Assembly: GCA_043228905.1 (NCBI GenBank)
Contig: JBHGNT010000006.1
Span: 19,220,001-19,284,000 of the forward strand
Source of the DNA: Azolla caroliniana
Lineage: Eukaryota; Plantae; Polypodiophyta
Direction of reading: 5' to 3'
DNA: 64,000 nucleotides
Numbering within the stretch: the first letter of the stretch is position 1; each line of letters starts with the position of its first letter. Below, piece by piece: positions 51,305-62,602 of this stretch. The notes under the pieces are model-generated. The model had not been told where the DNA came from and made no database searches. It saw nothing but the letters and a program-made list of their open reading frames with translations. Position numbers and translations under genes: made by a program.

Positions 51305-54300
51305 TTCGGGTTCACCAAAGATGTTGCGGTAATCTGCGAGTATGTGTCAAAAGGGGCGGAATCACGGGGGTCTCGGACGAGGAAGAGATGGATGCCGGGA
51401 GTCCGACCCTCTCCGGTCCTACCTGCACCGATTGTGGTGCAAATCGAAACGATTTCGGACGCGTACCAAAGCCACCAAACACGAGAGAGGGAGAGAGAGA
51501 GAGACAATACGTGCAACACCGACTCAACGCACGCTACTTATGTACAGAAAAGGAAAGAAGAAACTCTGAAGATGTAGACACAAACACAGACACAGACGCA
51601 CAAAACTTCACTATATATGTACAAGAGTAAGATACAACCTCGGCTTTGAGCCGGACCAAGGTAGGTTAGGTTACAATAGTAGTCTGTTGCCAAGCCACCG
51701 ATCGGGGAGCTCTTGGGCTCGTCGCGCCAAGCGGGGTCTTTCATAGGAGACAAGGTAGATGCCTAAACCCCTTTAGACATACGAGCTCCTAACCGGACTA
51801 AACCCTAAATAGACACGAAGACTCAACCCACACGACGACGACGACGAAGAAGAAGAACTCGAAGAACCCTAACAGAAAACAAGAAAGTAAGAAGAAGAAA
51901 GATTATCATACCTTGGATCTAATGGGATACCCTCCTAACTCAATACGGGCAACCCCTTTACAAGGAACCCTCCCTTCCTTTTATAGCCCAAGGAGGGAGG
52001 GACGTTACAATGTGGGATAATTCTCCCCCTTATTCTATACACCATTTTCCTACTATACATGTGCACATGTTGCACATTGCCGACTTGCCCAATCCATCCC
52101 GGTTTCACACCAAAGTTGGAAATCTTCACGACACCGCGATGTTGTGTTCGATGAGGAAGGACCACAACTAGCTGATAACAATGATTCTCAAGTTATCTCA
52201 TCAACCGAAGAAGTATTCCACCCAATCCCGACCCACTGTCCAGAAAAGGAAGTTGGACCATCTGATGGTAATGGCTCGCTAGTTTAGCCTATGCCAATGC
52301 CACATGTATTGAAAATACCTAAGTGGGCTCAACAACTGTTCAATGACTGTACTCCTAAAGTTGAGTTTCCTAAAACTTCAACTGATGGATTACGAAGCTC
52401 AAGAAGAATACACAAGCAAGGGAGAACCTCTGATCACATTTTCAACATGGCTCTGATGGTGGACATCATAGGCTCAGTGAGTGAGCCGACCTCGTTGGAG
52501 GAAGCCATGGACAAATCGAAGTGGAAAGAGGTGATGATATTAGAATATGATAACATCATGAAAAATGACACGTGGGAGTTGGTAGAGAGGCCAACAAAGA
52601 GGAAGGTGATAGGCACCAAGTGGGTGTGAAAAGTAAACTATAAAGTTGATGGTTCTTTGGAGAAATTTAAGGCCAGGCTAGTAGCGCAAGGATACTCCCA
52701 AATTGAAGGGTTCGATGTACAAAAAACATTTGCCCCGACAACTCGCATGACAACAATTCGAATGGTCATAGCGTTGGCTACTTCAAGAGGATGGCCGATT
52801 TATCAAATGGATGTCAAATTGGAATTTCTGAATGGGCATCTCAAGGAGGAGGTATACGTGACAACCACTAGGGTTTGAGATGCCGAATTCAGAAAACAAA
52901 GTCTGCAAGTTGAAGAAAGCGTTGTATGGTCTAAAGCAAGCACCAAGAGCTTGGAAGAAGAGGATAGACAACTTCTTACAATCAATCGACTTTAAGCAAT
53001 GTGCTTCATATGAAAGTATGTATGTCAAAATGAAGGACGGGAAATAAGTCATCATCATCATTTACATGGATAATCTAGTACTTATTGGTGACCATGAAGA
53101 GTGTATGGCCAAACACAAGAGTGTTTGAAAACTGAGTTTGAAATGACAGACTTGGGGATTCTACACTACTTCCTTGAATTGAGGTTTGGCAAACCTTGGT
53201 TGGCATCTTCATGTCATAAAGAAAGTATGCAACAGAGATCTTGAAGACCTTTGGGATGATGGACAACAAGTCGAAGTCGACTCCAAGGGAGTCAAATTGC
53301 AAGCTATCCCAAGAAGACCCGTCACCAATGGTTGACATAAGGAAGTATAGAAAGCTAGTAGGAAGTCTAATTTTCCTATGCAACGCTAGGCCGAATATTT
53401 GTTTTGTAGTTGGTGTGGTGAGTCGATTAAGCAACAAGCCGAAGGAGACTCATTGGAAAGCTGCACTACGTGTATTAAAGTACATTGTGAGTACTTTAAA
53501 TTACAGAATCTTCTACAAGCCAACAATTGACGAACTTAGTGGGTATTGCGACTCCGACTGGACTAGAGATAGTGATTCCAGAAAATCAGTTTCTAGATAT
53601 TGTTTTTCAATAGGCTCTGGAGCCGTTTCATGGAGTAGTAAAAAACAACCAACAATGGCACTATCTTCAACAGAGACAGAATGCAAAGCAACATGCATAG
53701 CGACATGCAAGGTAGTTTGGCTAAGAAGAATCCTTATGGATGTGGCGGTTCCAATAAGGACGACAACGGTATTGAGGTGTGACAATTAGAGTTGCATAGC
53801 CATTGCCAAGAACCTCGTATTTCATGCATGTACTAAACACATAGAGATTCAATATCACTATGTGTGGGAGCTAATAAATGATGAGACTATGGAGCTCGAG
53901 TACTGTTCAACATCAGAAAATGTTGCGGATATCTTCTCAAAGGCGCTTGGAGCAGAACAACTACAACAACACCTTCGACGACTAGGAGTTGGCCCAATTC
54001 CAAGTGAACTCAATGGGTTGACCATTGAGGGGGCGTATTAAATACAATCAATGATCAACCCCAAGTTGTAAATCTATCCCCATATGTGCCCTTAGAGTGC
54101 ACATTTTGTGATAACGCCCCAAATAAGGAGCGACTAGTGTGCAACTTAACCATATGGATCGATAAGGTGTTAATCTAGGAAACCGTAGATGTGTAGGACA
54201 CAATGGATTTAAGAAAGAGCGAAATAGGTAATAGGATTGGCTAATCAAGTCAACTAGAATATTTTGTGGGCAAGTTACGATGTACTTAAGTCTTGAAGTA

Positions 54301-55314
54301 TGTGCCATTGACTTCAAGATAAGTATTATCTAGCATTAGAATGTATATAGGGAGTTGGGTCATATTAAATGATAAGTCAGTTGACAGAAAAGGAATATCT
54401 CCACTACTATCAACTAACTTGCACATTTAATGTTATACTCACACCAAACATAGAATATAATCCACTTTCTTACACTGTGGTTGGATTGATCATTAGTCCC
54501 CACTAATTTTGTAGTGAGTTGGTCCAGTTCCCATCTAAACTCTAAGGTGTGAGCGCATGGGTGAACTACCATTGTGAGCTACTCTTATATGTAATAGAAG
54601 TTTTGTTTTCATATATCCATCTTTGTGGTTGTAACTCTAGATACTTATCTAATCGATTCTCAATTTTTCTAACACTATATATATGCTAATTATGCTCGAT
54701 GCATCAACTTAATGCTACTATATATATGCTATATTGAGATTCAAAGTTAGTGGCTCCAATTTTATGCTCTATCAATTCGATCTCATTCCGTCAGTGCCGA
54801 TTATTAGGTTTGTTTGAATGTACACCCTCTGCAATCCCTATATGGATTTTCCCTTAGTTTCTCATGCAATTTCAATCAGCCACATAATTTTCACACTAAT
54901 GTGACGATTGAATTAAGAACCTAAGCTTTCCGTATTTCAAATACATAGAACTTGCAATGCTTTGTTTTGTTACGGTTGTTGCCCTTGCCATTTGAGTGAA
55001 TGCCCCACAATAATTTCAATAGATAACACGTTCATTTTAAATTGTTTTAATCATGTCATGCTATTTAATAACAGTGATAGATCGAACTTGCATCAATTAT
55101 ATCTACATATATTTATGTTGTTATAGTGTTATGATGTAACTGGTGTGAAGGAGAAAAATACCTCAAATCCAAGTTTTATAGTAGATTAAAGTTCTAGTTG
55201 ATGAATAACTAGCAAATTAAGATAGTTTAAGTGGCAAGACACTTGAAGGATAATGTGTAGAATTAATGTGGGATAGGTAAGCTATATCACAAAATATTAT
55301 ATGATAAAAATTAA

Positions 55315-55672
55315 AAGAGAGATAGATGTGCATTTTCTTAAAGTCGAATACCAAGGACAAGTACTAAAAAAAGAAGCTAACTATTTTGGTGAGTGGCCTC
55401 TTGAAACTTATAAATGGAGGAGAGCTCATTACCAATGATTGATATTTTGAGAACGCCCAAACTTTATCAATAGATAAATTTGCGTACATTGATGTGTTAT
55501 ATGATAAAAACAAGAAGAGAGATGTACTTTTTGTTAAAGTCGTATACCAAGGACAAATACTCCGTGCTATTGTTTTTGGTAAGTGGCATCTTGAAATCTA
55601 TAAGAGGAGGAGAGCTCATTGTCAAGGTTTGACATTTTGAGGATGCCCAACCTTTGTCAACATAAAATTTAA
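55315..55672. repeat. Diverged ~198-bp tandem duplication
   Basis: TTAAAGTCG.ATACCAAGGACAA.TACT...AGTGGC.TCTTGAAA...GGAGGAGAGCTCATT occurs twice. Confidence 0.75.
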
Positions 55673-56206
55673 AATGGGGCAGCGAATCAAGAGCCATGTA
55701 GCAGCCTATGACAACAAAAGGTGGCGTGGTCATCGATTGTAGATTCACTACACCAAAACTCAAGGATCTGCCCCCATTATTCTTTGATTTCATATCTTTC
55801 TTCATGTCAAAACCTTGCAACTACGTACTAGGTTGGTCATTGTATGAATTTTTTTATTGCATCTTAATACTTAGGTTTAGAAATCGATTATATATAGCTT
55901 GAAATCTACTATAATTTTAAGGTCGAAGTTTATGTATTTGAAGAACATTTTGTAATTGTATCTTTTGTAATTGATCAAGACCACCACAAAACTTCAACAT
56001 AAAAAATATGAGCATGGAGCACGGAGCACGGAGCAAATATATATATGGAATGCTGCATTAATTTTGGTGGGACATGGATTTTAGATTTGCACAAGGAGAC
56101 ATTGTATACATCATGATCATCTTGAGGATTCTATAAGGTTTGTGGCAAATTTTATGAATTGGCAATCAAAGTTCTTGAGAAGAAGTTACAAACATAAGAA
56201 AAAATA

Positions 56207-56280
56207 CAGAGTGGTCGGATTCAAACCCGCAAACTCATATTTCAAGAAATCCAATGCTCGTCCATCCAGGCAACACTCTT
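56207..56280 (-). pseudogene. Degenerate tRNA-like sequence (tRNA pseudogene or SINE head)
   Basis: AGAGTG/CACTCT acceptor-like stem, A-box-like TTGCCTGGATGG, B-box-like GGTTTGAATCC; anticodon arm does not pair. Confidence 0.4.
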
Positions 56281-56988
56281 GCTTTGGCAAACGAAAACAG
56301 ATTCTAAGGTAGAGGAAAACCTTCACTTAATTTATTTGCCCAAATGTCCTTCCCTAGGTCAAGTATTTGTTTACTCGTCGTGTAAAGAACCGCATTGAAG
56401 AGATATTGACAAAGAGCAACTGCACCAGAGCAAAGAAGACGTAGAATAGAAACCGCACCCTCCTCTCCTTTTGTAGGGAGAACAAAAGAGAACGAATGAG
56501 TAACCGATTGATTGCTCCCCATCGACCAATGTAACAACTATTATTGTTGTTGTCGTTGCACTATTGTTGTTGCTTGACGTCAATGACCAACACCGAGCCT
56601 ATGACACCTCTTCCTCCATTCTTAGGCCCTGCACTACATGACCCACCTTCCCCCCATTATGTTACATACACCCACACAAAAACAATTAACACATATATGC
56701 ACATAAATAAAACAAACATTTGCACGTGCTTGTGACTACTTGCTACCAAATCATTATGAGGCTTGGTGAAAGAATTGCAGCCATAGACGGTGCAGGGTGC
56801 GTTTCCGAGCCTGATTTTGACAACTTCTATCACAAGTAACTCGACTCTACCCCCTTCCACCATCACTGATAACCTGACTCTACCCTCTTCTACTATCACT
56901 AGTAACCCCACTCATTTGGGTAACCCTAGTAACCCGGTTGCAAATTTGGATTTTACCATATATACTTTTGACAATGAGGGTTTCACGT

Positions 56989-57197
56989 TGTCGCGGATAT
57001 CCTCGTAGACACATGCCGGCAAGCACGAGATGAAACAAGAAAGGAAAACTACCAAGACATAGAACACATGGTACACAACTCACACCCAAATACTGAAGAC
57101 AATTGATCGATTAATAACAGACGAAATAAATACAAGAATAGCCCTAAGCCGGGTAATAGAGCTTAAAGCTCGAAAGAAACACGATGGTGAGCCTCTA
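56989..57197 (-). mobile_element. Gypsy-type LTR terminus, interrupted by element H
   Basis: Begins TGTCGCGG like the F LTR terminus and has a similar A/C-rich U5-like layout. The other part is not seen in the window. Confidence 0.45.
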
Positions 57198-58970
57198 TGT
57201 TGAATGCGGGTCTCTAATGGACGTATTCACATTGTCTTCCTTTGTACACACTAGGTTTAGATTATTTATGTAAATAGTGAGAAAGGCAGTTGCCCTAAGT
57301 TATTCGGTATATAAACTGACTTTGTAACCTAGTATTGATGTTGTTAAAAATATAGTTCATCTTTTGCCTAACGTCTCTCTCTCTTGCATTCTAGTTGCGT
57401 CTCACTTTTTGTTTATGTTGTTGTTGCCATCAATCTACCTTGCTTGTATCTGTTCATGATATTCTCTCTATAAGAGTGTTGATTACTTCCGCACTAGACG
57501 ACCATGTTCCCAACATCTAGTATCAGAGCGAGAGATTCTTTCAATTTTGCTATCACCGTCTATCTTGTCTCCATCAACAACTCTTCTTTTGTACACCGTG
57601 AAGATCTCGGTTGGAAACTCTCTACAATATCATTTTCGCAAAGACAAAATCTACACTCCACTATTCTAAATTACCATTGAAGTGAGTCAATTGGCTGCAC
57701 TTCACTCCTGTGATTGTAGTCGCTCAAAGTGAGATTTCGCTTCACAAGCTTTGCCTCAACCGTACTACATTGGATTAGACAACATTCAATAGGTCGCCTG
57801 ATGCTACTCATTTGCTCGTCGTAATCACTTGTAGTAGTCTGGGCTCTAGGAACAACCCCCTTCTGTGCTTCATTTGGCTAGACAACATTCATAAAGGTTA
57901 GTTGAACCTTCTCCTCTCATTGTTGTATTCACCTGAAGCAGGACCGACCTGGATAATCGGCACATACTCTGTGTTCAAAAATCTAAAAAATCGACATTCG
58001 AAATCAAATCGGCAAACTCGGGTCCAATTCGACTAAGTCGATTGACTCTTGTCACTCCGGTTAGAATTCACCAACTAGTCAAAACCGATTCGACGTGTGT
58101 CCAATTTCGGCTAGAACGACATTGAATGAGCCAGTCGGTCACACTCCACCATTGTTCGTGGTTGACTCGGGCAAAGTCTATCAAGCTGACATAGATGACA
58201 TCAATATCCGACTCGTCAGAGATGAGTCTAAGGAAGTTCGATGGATCAAACTTCAACTTCTGGAAGGAGAAGATGCAAGACTATTTAATAGTCTAGGGGC
58301 AAATCGACCCCATCGAAAAGGAAAATGCTCTAGAAGGGTACAGGCCACTTGAATGGGAGAAGCTTGATAGAATCGTCTGAGCCACCATTTGGATGCACCT
58401 ATCGGAGTCTGTGTACTTCACGGTGCAATCGTGTTCAACTGCCATTCAACTATGGAAGACATTGTCGGACATTTATGAGAAGAAGGTAGCCGCCACCAAG
58501 ATATATCTAATTCGGCGCCTTTATAATCTTCGGATGAAAGAATTCAACTCGGTCTAGGCACACCTGAGTGAGTATGAAAGCTTAAGTTCCCAAATTGCGG
58601 CTCAAGGGACAACTATCGAGGATGAACTAAGAGCAATGCTGCTTATGAGTAGTCTCCCCCCTTCGTGGGAAACTTTCGTTACAACTGTGTGCAATGCGTC
58701 GACTACTGCCGTTAAGTACTCAGTCATGAGCGTAATTATGATTGAAGCAACTCGAAGAAAATCGTTTGTGAACGAGTTGGCCAATGACGCTTACGTAGTA
58801 CAAGGTTCAACCGACCGATTGAACAGTCGAGGAAGAGGTTCTTCACGACAACCGAACAACTAGCAAAGTCGGAAAAAGTCCCGGGATAATCGAGTTTGCA
58901 ATTATTGCAAGAAGCCCGGACACATCAAAGTCGATTTTTGTGCACTCATGGCCAAATACGATAAGGCTCA
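57198..58970 (+). mobile_element. Element H: 5' part of a Tork-like Ty1/Copia (LTR, long leader, gag), interrupted by element I
   Basis: LTR 57198-57515 (TG..CA). PBS TAGTATCAGAGC at 57518. gag from ~58222: KFDGSNFNFWKEKMQDYL, LLMSSLPPSWETFV, CNYCKKPGHIKVDF. Confidence 0.85.
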
Positions 58971-59352
58971 TGTTAACTCTTCGGGCCGGACAATGGCCTA
59001 ACACAGGGTGTCTACGGGAGACACTTCACCAAAGGGTGTTACGGCCACCGGATTAGACTTCAACGCTTAATCCTACTTGGTTAAGTTACTTATTATGATC
59101 GTCTTTCATAACACACACGTAAGATATAACAATTAAGACAGAACGACAATTAACACAGAGAGATAACAACGCTTAAGCTTTCATTAATTAACCGCTAACT
59201 ATTACATTTTATCCGGGCCTTTAAATAGGTTTCCGGTCTGTATTACAAAACGGTGCCATCCGCACCTGTTCGGGATCGGTCCGGATCCGGAACGGCATAC
59301 CGTTTCCGGTCCGTCCGTCCACACTCATAGCATAATTACAACCACATTCCTA

Positions 59353-62300
59353 CTACTTAACTAACTCTTCGTTTCCCACTCTGGACTCCTTTGCCGGCCG
59401 GTAACACATGGCATGCCCGTGGGACAGTACCTTGTACGTCGAATCCACAACCAACCCTTGCTATTCTTTGTCCAAAATGTCCAGAATGCTTTGTTCGAGA
59501 GGCTCCAATGGTTCATTTGGAAGTGGTTGTTGTTGTTGTTGTTGTTGCTGCTCTGTTGCTGTCTGCTGTGGTGGGTCCGTTGGTGGTTGCTGCGGCTGCT
59601 CCTCCGTTTGTGGCTTTGACACCGGCGTCTCTGTCGTTGCTCCCTGCGTCGTAGTGGTCTCCGGTTGACTGGTTCCCGGCTGGCCCTCAACCGGTGACGG
59701 TTCCTCATCACTAAGGTTAACCATTGCCGCTTCCCGTGCTTTTTCTTCCCGCACCCGGGACCGCACGTAGCTTTCAAACTGGATTTGAGCGTCCAGCCTA
59801 TCATCGTCCAGCTGGGCTACGAGCTGCCTGACCTGCGCCAACTGTTCATCTGCCAGGACTTGGAAGTCGTCGGCCAGTTCGTCCCGTATGGCGGTGAAGT
59901 CCTCGGAAGTCAACGTATAACAGTCATCTCCTTCCTTTCGCCGGTTTGCCACATCCGCCCGTAGCAACTTGAGTTCCGCCGCGTTTTGTGCCCACTTTGT
60001 CCACCATTTTACGGAGCTTTCATCAATCAAGTGTTTTGTCTGATTCAACAATGCCCGGAGGATGGACTGAATCCGGCTCGTTCCCAATTGCGATTTGGTT
60101 TCCGCCGCTTGCCGTTCCTCCTTCAGTTGTTTGATGATTTTGACGTTGTCCTCCGCCTGCGCCTTGTAATGCGTCAATTGCCTTTGATATGTGCTTTGTA
60201 ATTTCTGCAATACTGTTGACGCTCTCTCTTTGTCTTCCTGCTACTGCCTCTGGAGCTCCATCCAGACCTTCTCCGGCTCGTCTAAGCGTCTTGTATTTTC
60301 CGCTTGTTCGTCGGCGATCGCCGTCGCGGCCCGATCAACTGCCTGCTGGAGCTCGGCCATCCGTTCTTTATGCTCTGTTTCCAGCCGTTTGTAGTCCCGG
60401 TGCAGGTGCTCAAAATCATCCGTCTTTTGCTTGAGCCGTGCGTTGATCTGACGACGGGCTCGGTCCTCGCGGTCCTTCTGTTGGCGGAGCTCTTCCTTTA
60501 GCCGTTCAATCTCTGTTTCCGCTGTTTTCCGCAGCTTGTCCTTTTCCTGCAGCACTTTGTCTTTCTCCTCCTTTAGCCGGTCGTATGCTTGATGGCCTTT
60601 CCGGAGGCTCTCCTTTGCCCGACGGAGGTTCTCAGCAGTCTTCTTTAATTCGGCTTCGGCCGCCGTCTTCAATTCTCGTTCACGGCTCCTTAGCGCTTCT
60701 TGTGCGGCAAGTTCCTCTCTCAATTCCGCAAGCTCCTGAGCTTGCGCCGCATCTCTTGCCGGAACGGTTTCCGTTGCCGGGGTCTTATTGCTATGTACAG
60801 ATCGTTCCGTTTCTTTATTCTATACACTTACCGGAGTCACCGGTGATTGGATCCGTATTTTGGCCATCTCTGTCGTGACCTGATCCAAGTCTTTTTCAAG
60901 GCATTGGATTCTGGACCGGGCCGTCTCTAGTTGTTCGGTTGTGACGAGCAACCGTTCGCTTTGCGCTCTTTCTTCCGCCTCAATATACCCCACTGCTCCG
61001 GCTATCTGTTCGCCTATCCACCGGAGCCACAGGCTACCGGTGCCTTGTTGTGCTTGCACGGAGGTTTGACAGATGGGCTCACTTGTAGAGGGGTGGTCTC
61101 GCCTGGTTGCGCTGAGTTGCAGTTCCGTTTCTGCCCGTGGACCATCCTGCTGTCCTGGTTCCCCTTGCGCTTCTTCTTGGCTGACCGAGGGAGGCTGCAG
61201 TGACCTTTCCGGCTTTGGCGGGATGGGACTTGCCGGTGTTGCCGGTGGTGCCGGGGCTTCTGTTTCCGGTGCCATCTGCACCGGTTCCAGTTCCTTCCTT
61301 GGCGTGGGAGTCTCAGTATGGGGAGCCGGTGTTCCCTCCATTTGAGGGTCCGAACGTTTCCTGGCTGTCTCAACGGTCCTTGCCGACGACCGTCGCTAGA
61401 GGTGCTCCGTAGGCTCCTCCTCTATTTCCTCCTCCTGAGCTCCGACATTGAGTTTTGCCGCCAAGGGGTCCGCTTCTCGATTCACCGGTCGGCGGAGTGT
61501 GACCTTTACGGGCCGTGCCGATGGTTCCTCCTGCGCCTCCGTTGGGCGCTTCCGGCTGCTGCTTCCTGCTGCCACCTGTTCTGCATCCGCCGCCTTTCCC
61601 TTAGTGGCCTTAGAGGCCAACAACTGTTGCCGTTTGGAAGCCGTCCTTGGGGTGCCGTCCGGCACTCTTCCTCGCTTGGGCTGGACGGTCTGAACGGGTG
61701 GCACCAGCAAGGTGAGCCACTGCGTTACGGCGTGCCATATCCTTCGTCCGTCTCGGCCTTCTTTGCCGTCTTTGCCTCTGACGATCTCGATCACCGCACA
61801 CAACCCATCTGCGATCAATACCGGCCAATCCACCTTGATCCCTTCATAGGTGGCGATGATCATCCCTGCCCGGTTCTGCGGCATGACAGGGGGTCTAGGG
61901 TACACGTGGCCGTATTCATGGAGCACATGAGCAATTTCGCGGAACAGCATATCTCCGCCGCCCTGTGTCCGGTAGCCCTTGCTGGCTAGAGAGTACTCAC
62001 CAAAATACCTGATGAGTTGCTCCGGGGTTGGATTGTTGATCGTGAGTATGCCTCCCTCCGGAAGGCCTGTTAATGCTCGAATCGCCTCTACCGTTATGAC
62101 CTCTATATCGATTTCCTTGATCACTTTGTCGGCTTCTTTGTGTGGCGGTACTTCCATCATCATCAAGAAGCCCTCGAGCCCGTGTTGCTTTAGCCATGTC
62201 TTGGCGGCTTCCGACATCGTTTGCGGGTCCATGTCTGTGTCGAGGTCGGATGGCGGTGGCGAGGTTGGATGGTGATGAGAGTGGGGTTGAGAAAGAGAGA

Positions 62301-62454
62301 GTTCAGAAGGCGGGGGTTCTCTATGCGCAGGTTCTCGTCTGATGATCTTGCAACGTCTTGGTGCTTCTATGCTCCTGGGTTCGCGAAAGTAGAGGGTCTC
62401 TACGTGCAGTGGTTTTTGTCTATGCATTCTGGCGCCTTTTTCGAGTGTGTGCAT
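59353..62454 (-). pseudogene. Element I extra 3' ORF (~1030 codons; globular N-terminus, long coiled coil, Q-rich tail) broken by four TAG stops
   Basis: ORFs 61396-62454, 60820-61341, 60241-60723 and 59461-60210 share one frame and read through to TAG at 59355-59353, beside the PPT. Confidence 0.85.
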
Positions 62455-62602
62455 GTCGCGTACTTAAAATAGCATTATGTCCTGTGGTGGCGCTTTAAAT
62501 GCCCACTACGTACCTTTTCGCTCCACGCTCTTTCATCCATTCATTCCTCGCTTTTATTTTTATTTTTTTATTTTTATAGTTATTATTATTATTAGTGTGA
62601 CG

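Larger units (their letters stand above)
40066..52133 (-). mobile_element. Element F: non-autonomous Phygy-like Gypsy LTR element (gag only, tRNA-Trp PBS)
   Basis: 5' LTR 51322-52133; 3' LTR 40066-40334 plus 46532-47047 (split by G). TGTCG..CGACA-type ends. PBS: + strand TCACTTCGGGTTCACCA (51301-51317) matches the tRNA-Trp 3' end with 1 mismatch. PPT GGTGGGGGTGGA at 47059-47048. No RT motif found. Confidence 0.88.
32185..54030 (+). pseudogene. Copia D gag-pol in three pieces: 32185-34020, 39723-40065 and 52134-54030
   Basis: LDGTNYTWKF, CFYCDKKGHTIKDC, WILDSGAS, WHKRFGHLN, NGVV|ERRNRT split by E, YRLYDP..TRR|DVVFDE split by F, LKKALYGLKQAP, YCDSDW, TKHIEIQYHYV. Confidence 0.92.
31449..54674 (+). 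mobile_element. Element D: Ty1/Copia LTR retrotransposon hosting E, F, G and a solo LTR
   Basis: LTRs 31449-32083 and 54036-54674. TSD CTATA. PBS TGGTACCATAGC (iMet-like) at 32084. PPT at 54025-54035. Confidence 0.95.

Noticed and set aside
47965-51577. Long plus-strand ORFs (342, 227, 225 and 311 aa) as host genes
   Set aside because: S/R/P/L-rich antisense shadows of GC-rich element F sequence, with no splice structure or recognisable domain.
56530-56940. (TTG)n microsatellite and short ACTCTACCC repeats as a mucin-like exon
   Set aside because: Low complexity, with no supporting splice sites or neighbouring exons.
59353-62454. Calling the extra ORF a retroviral envelope gene
   Set aside because: No signal peptide or transmembrane helix is evident; position alone is insufficient.
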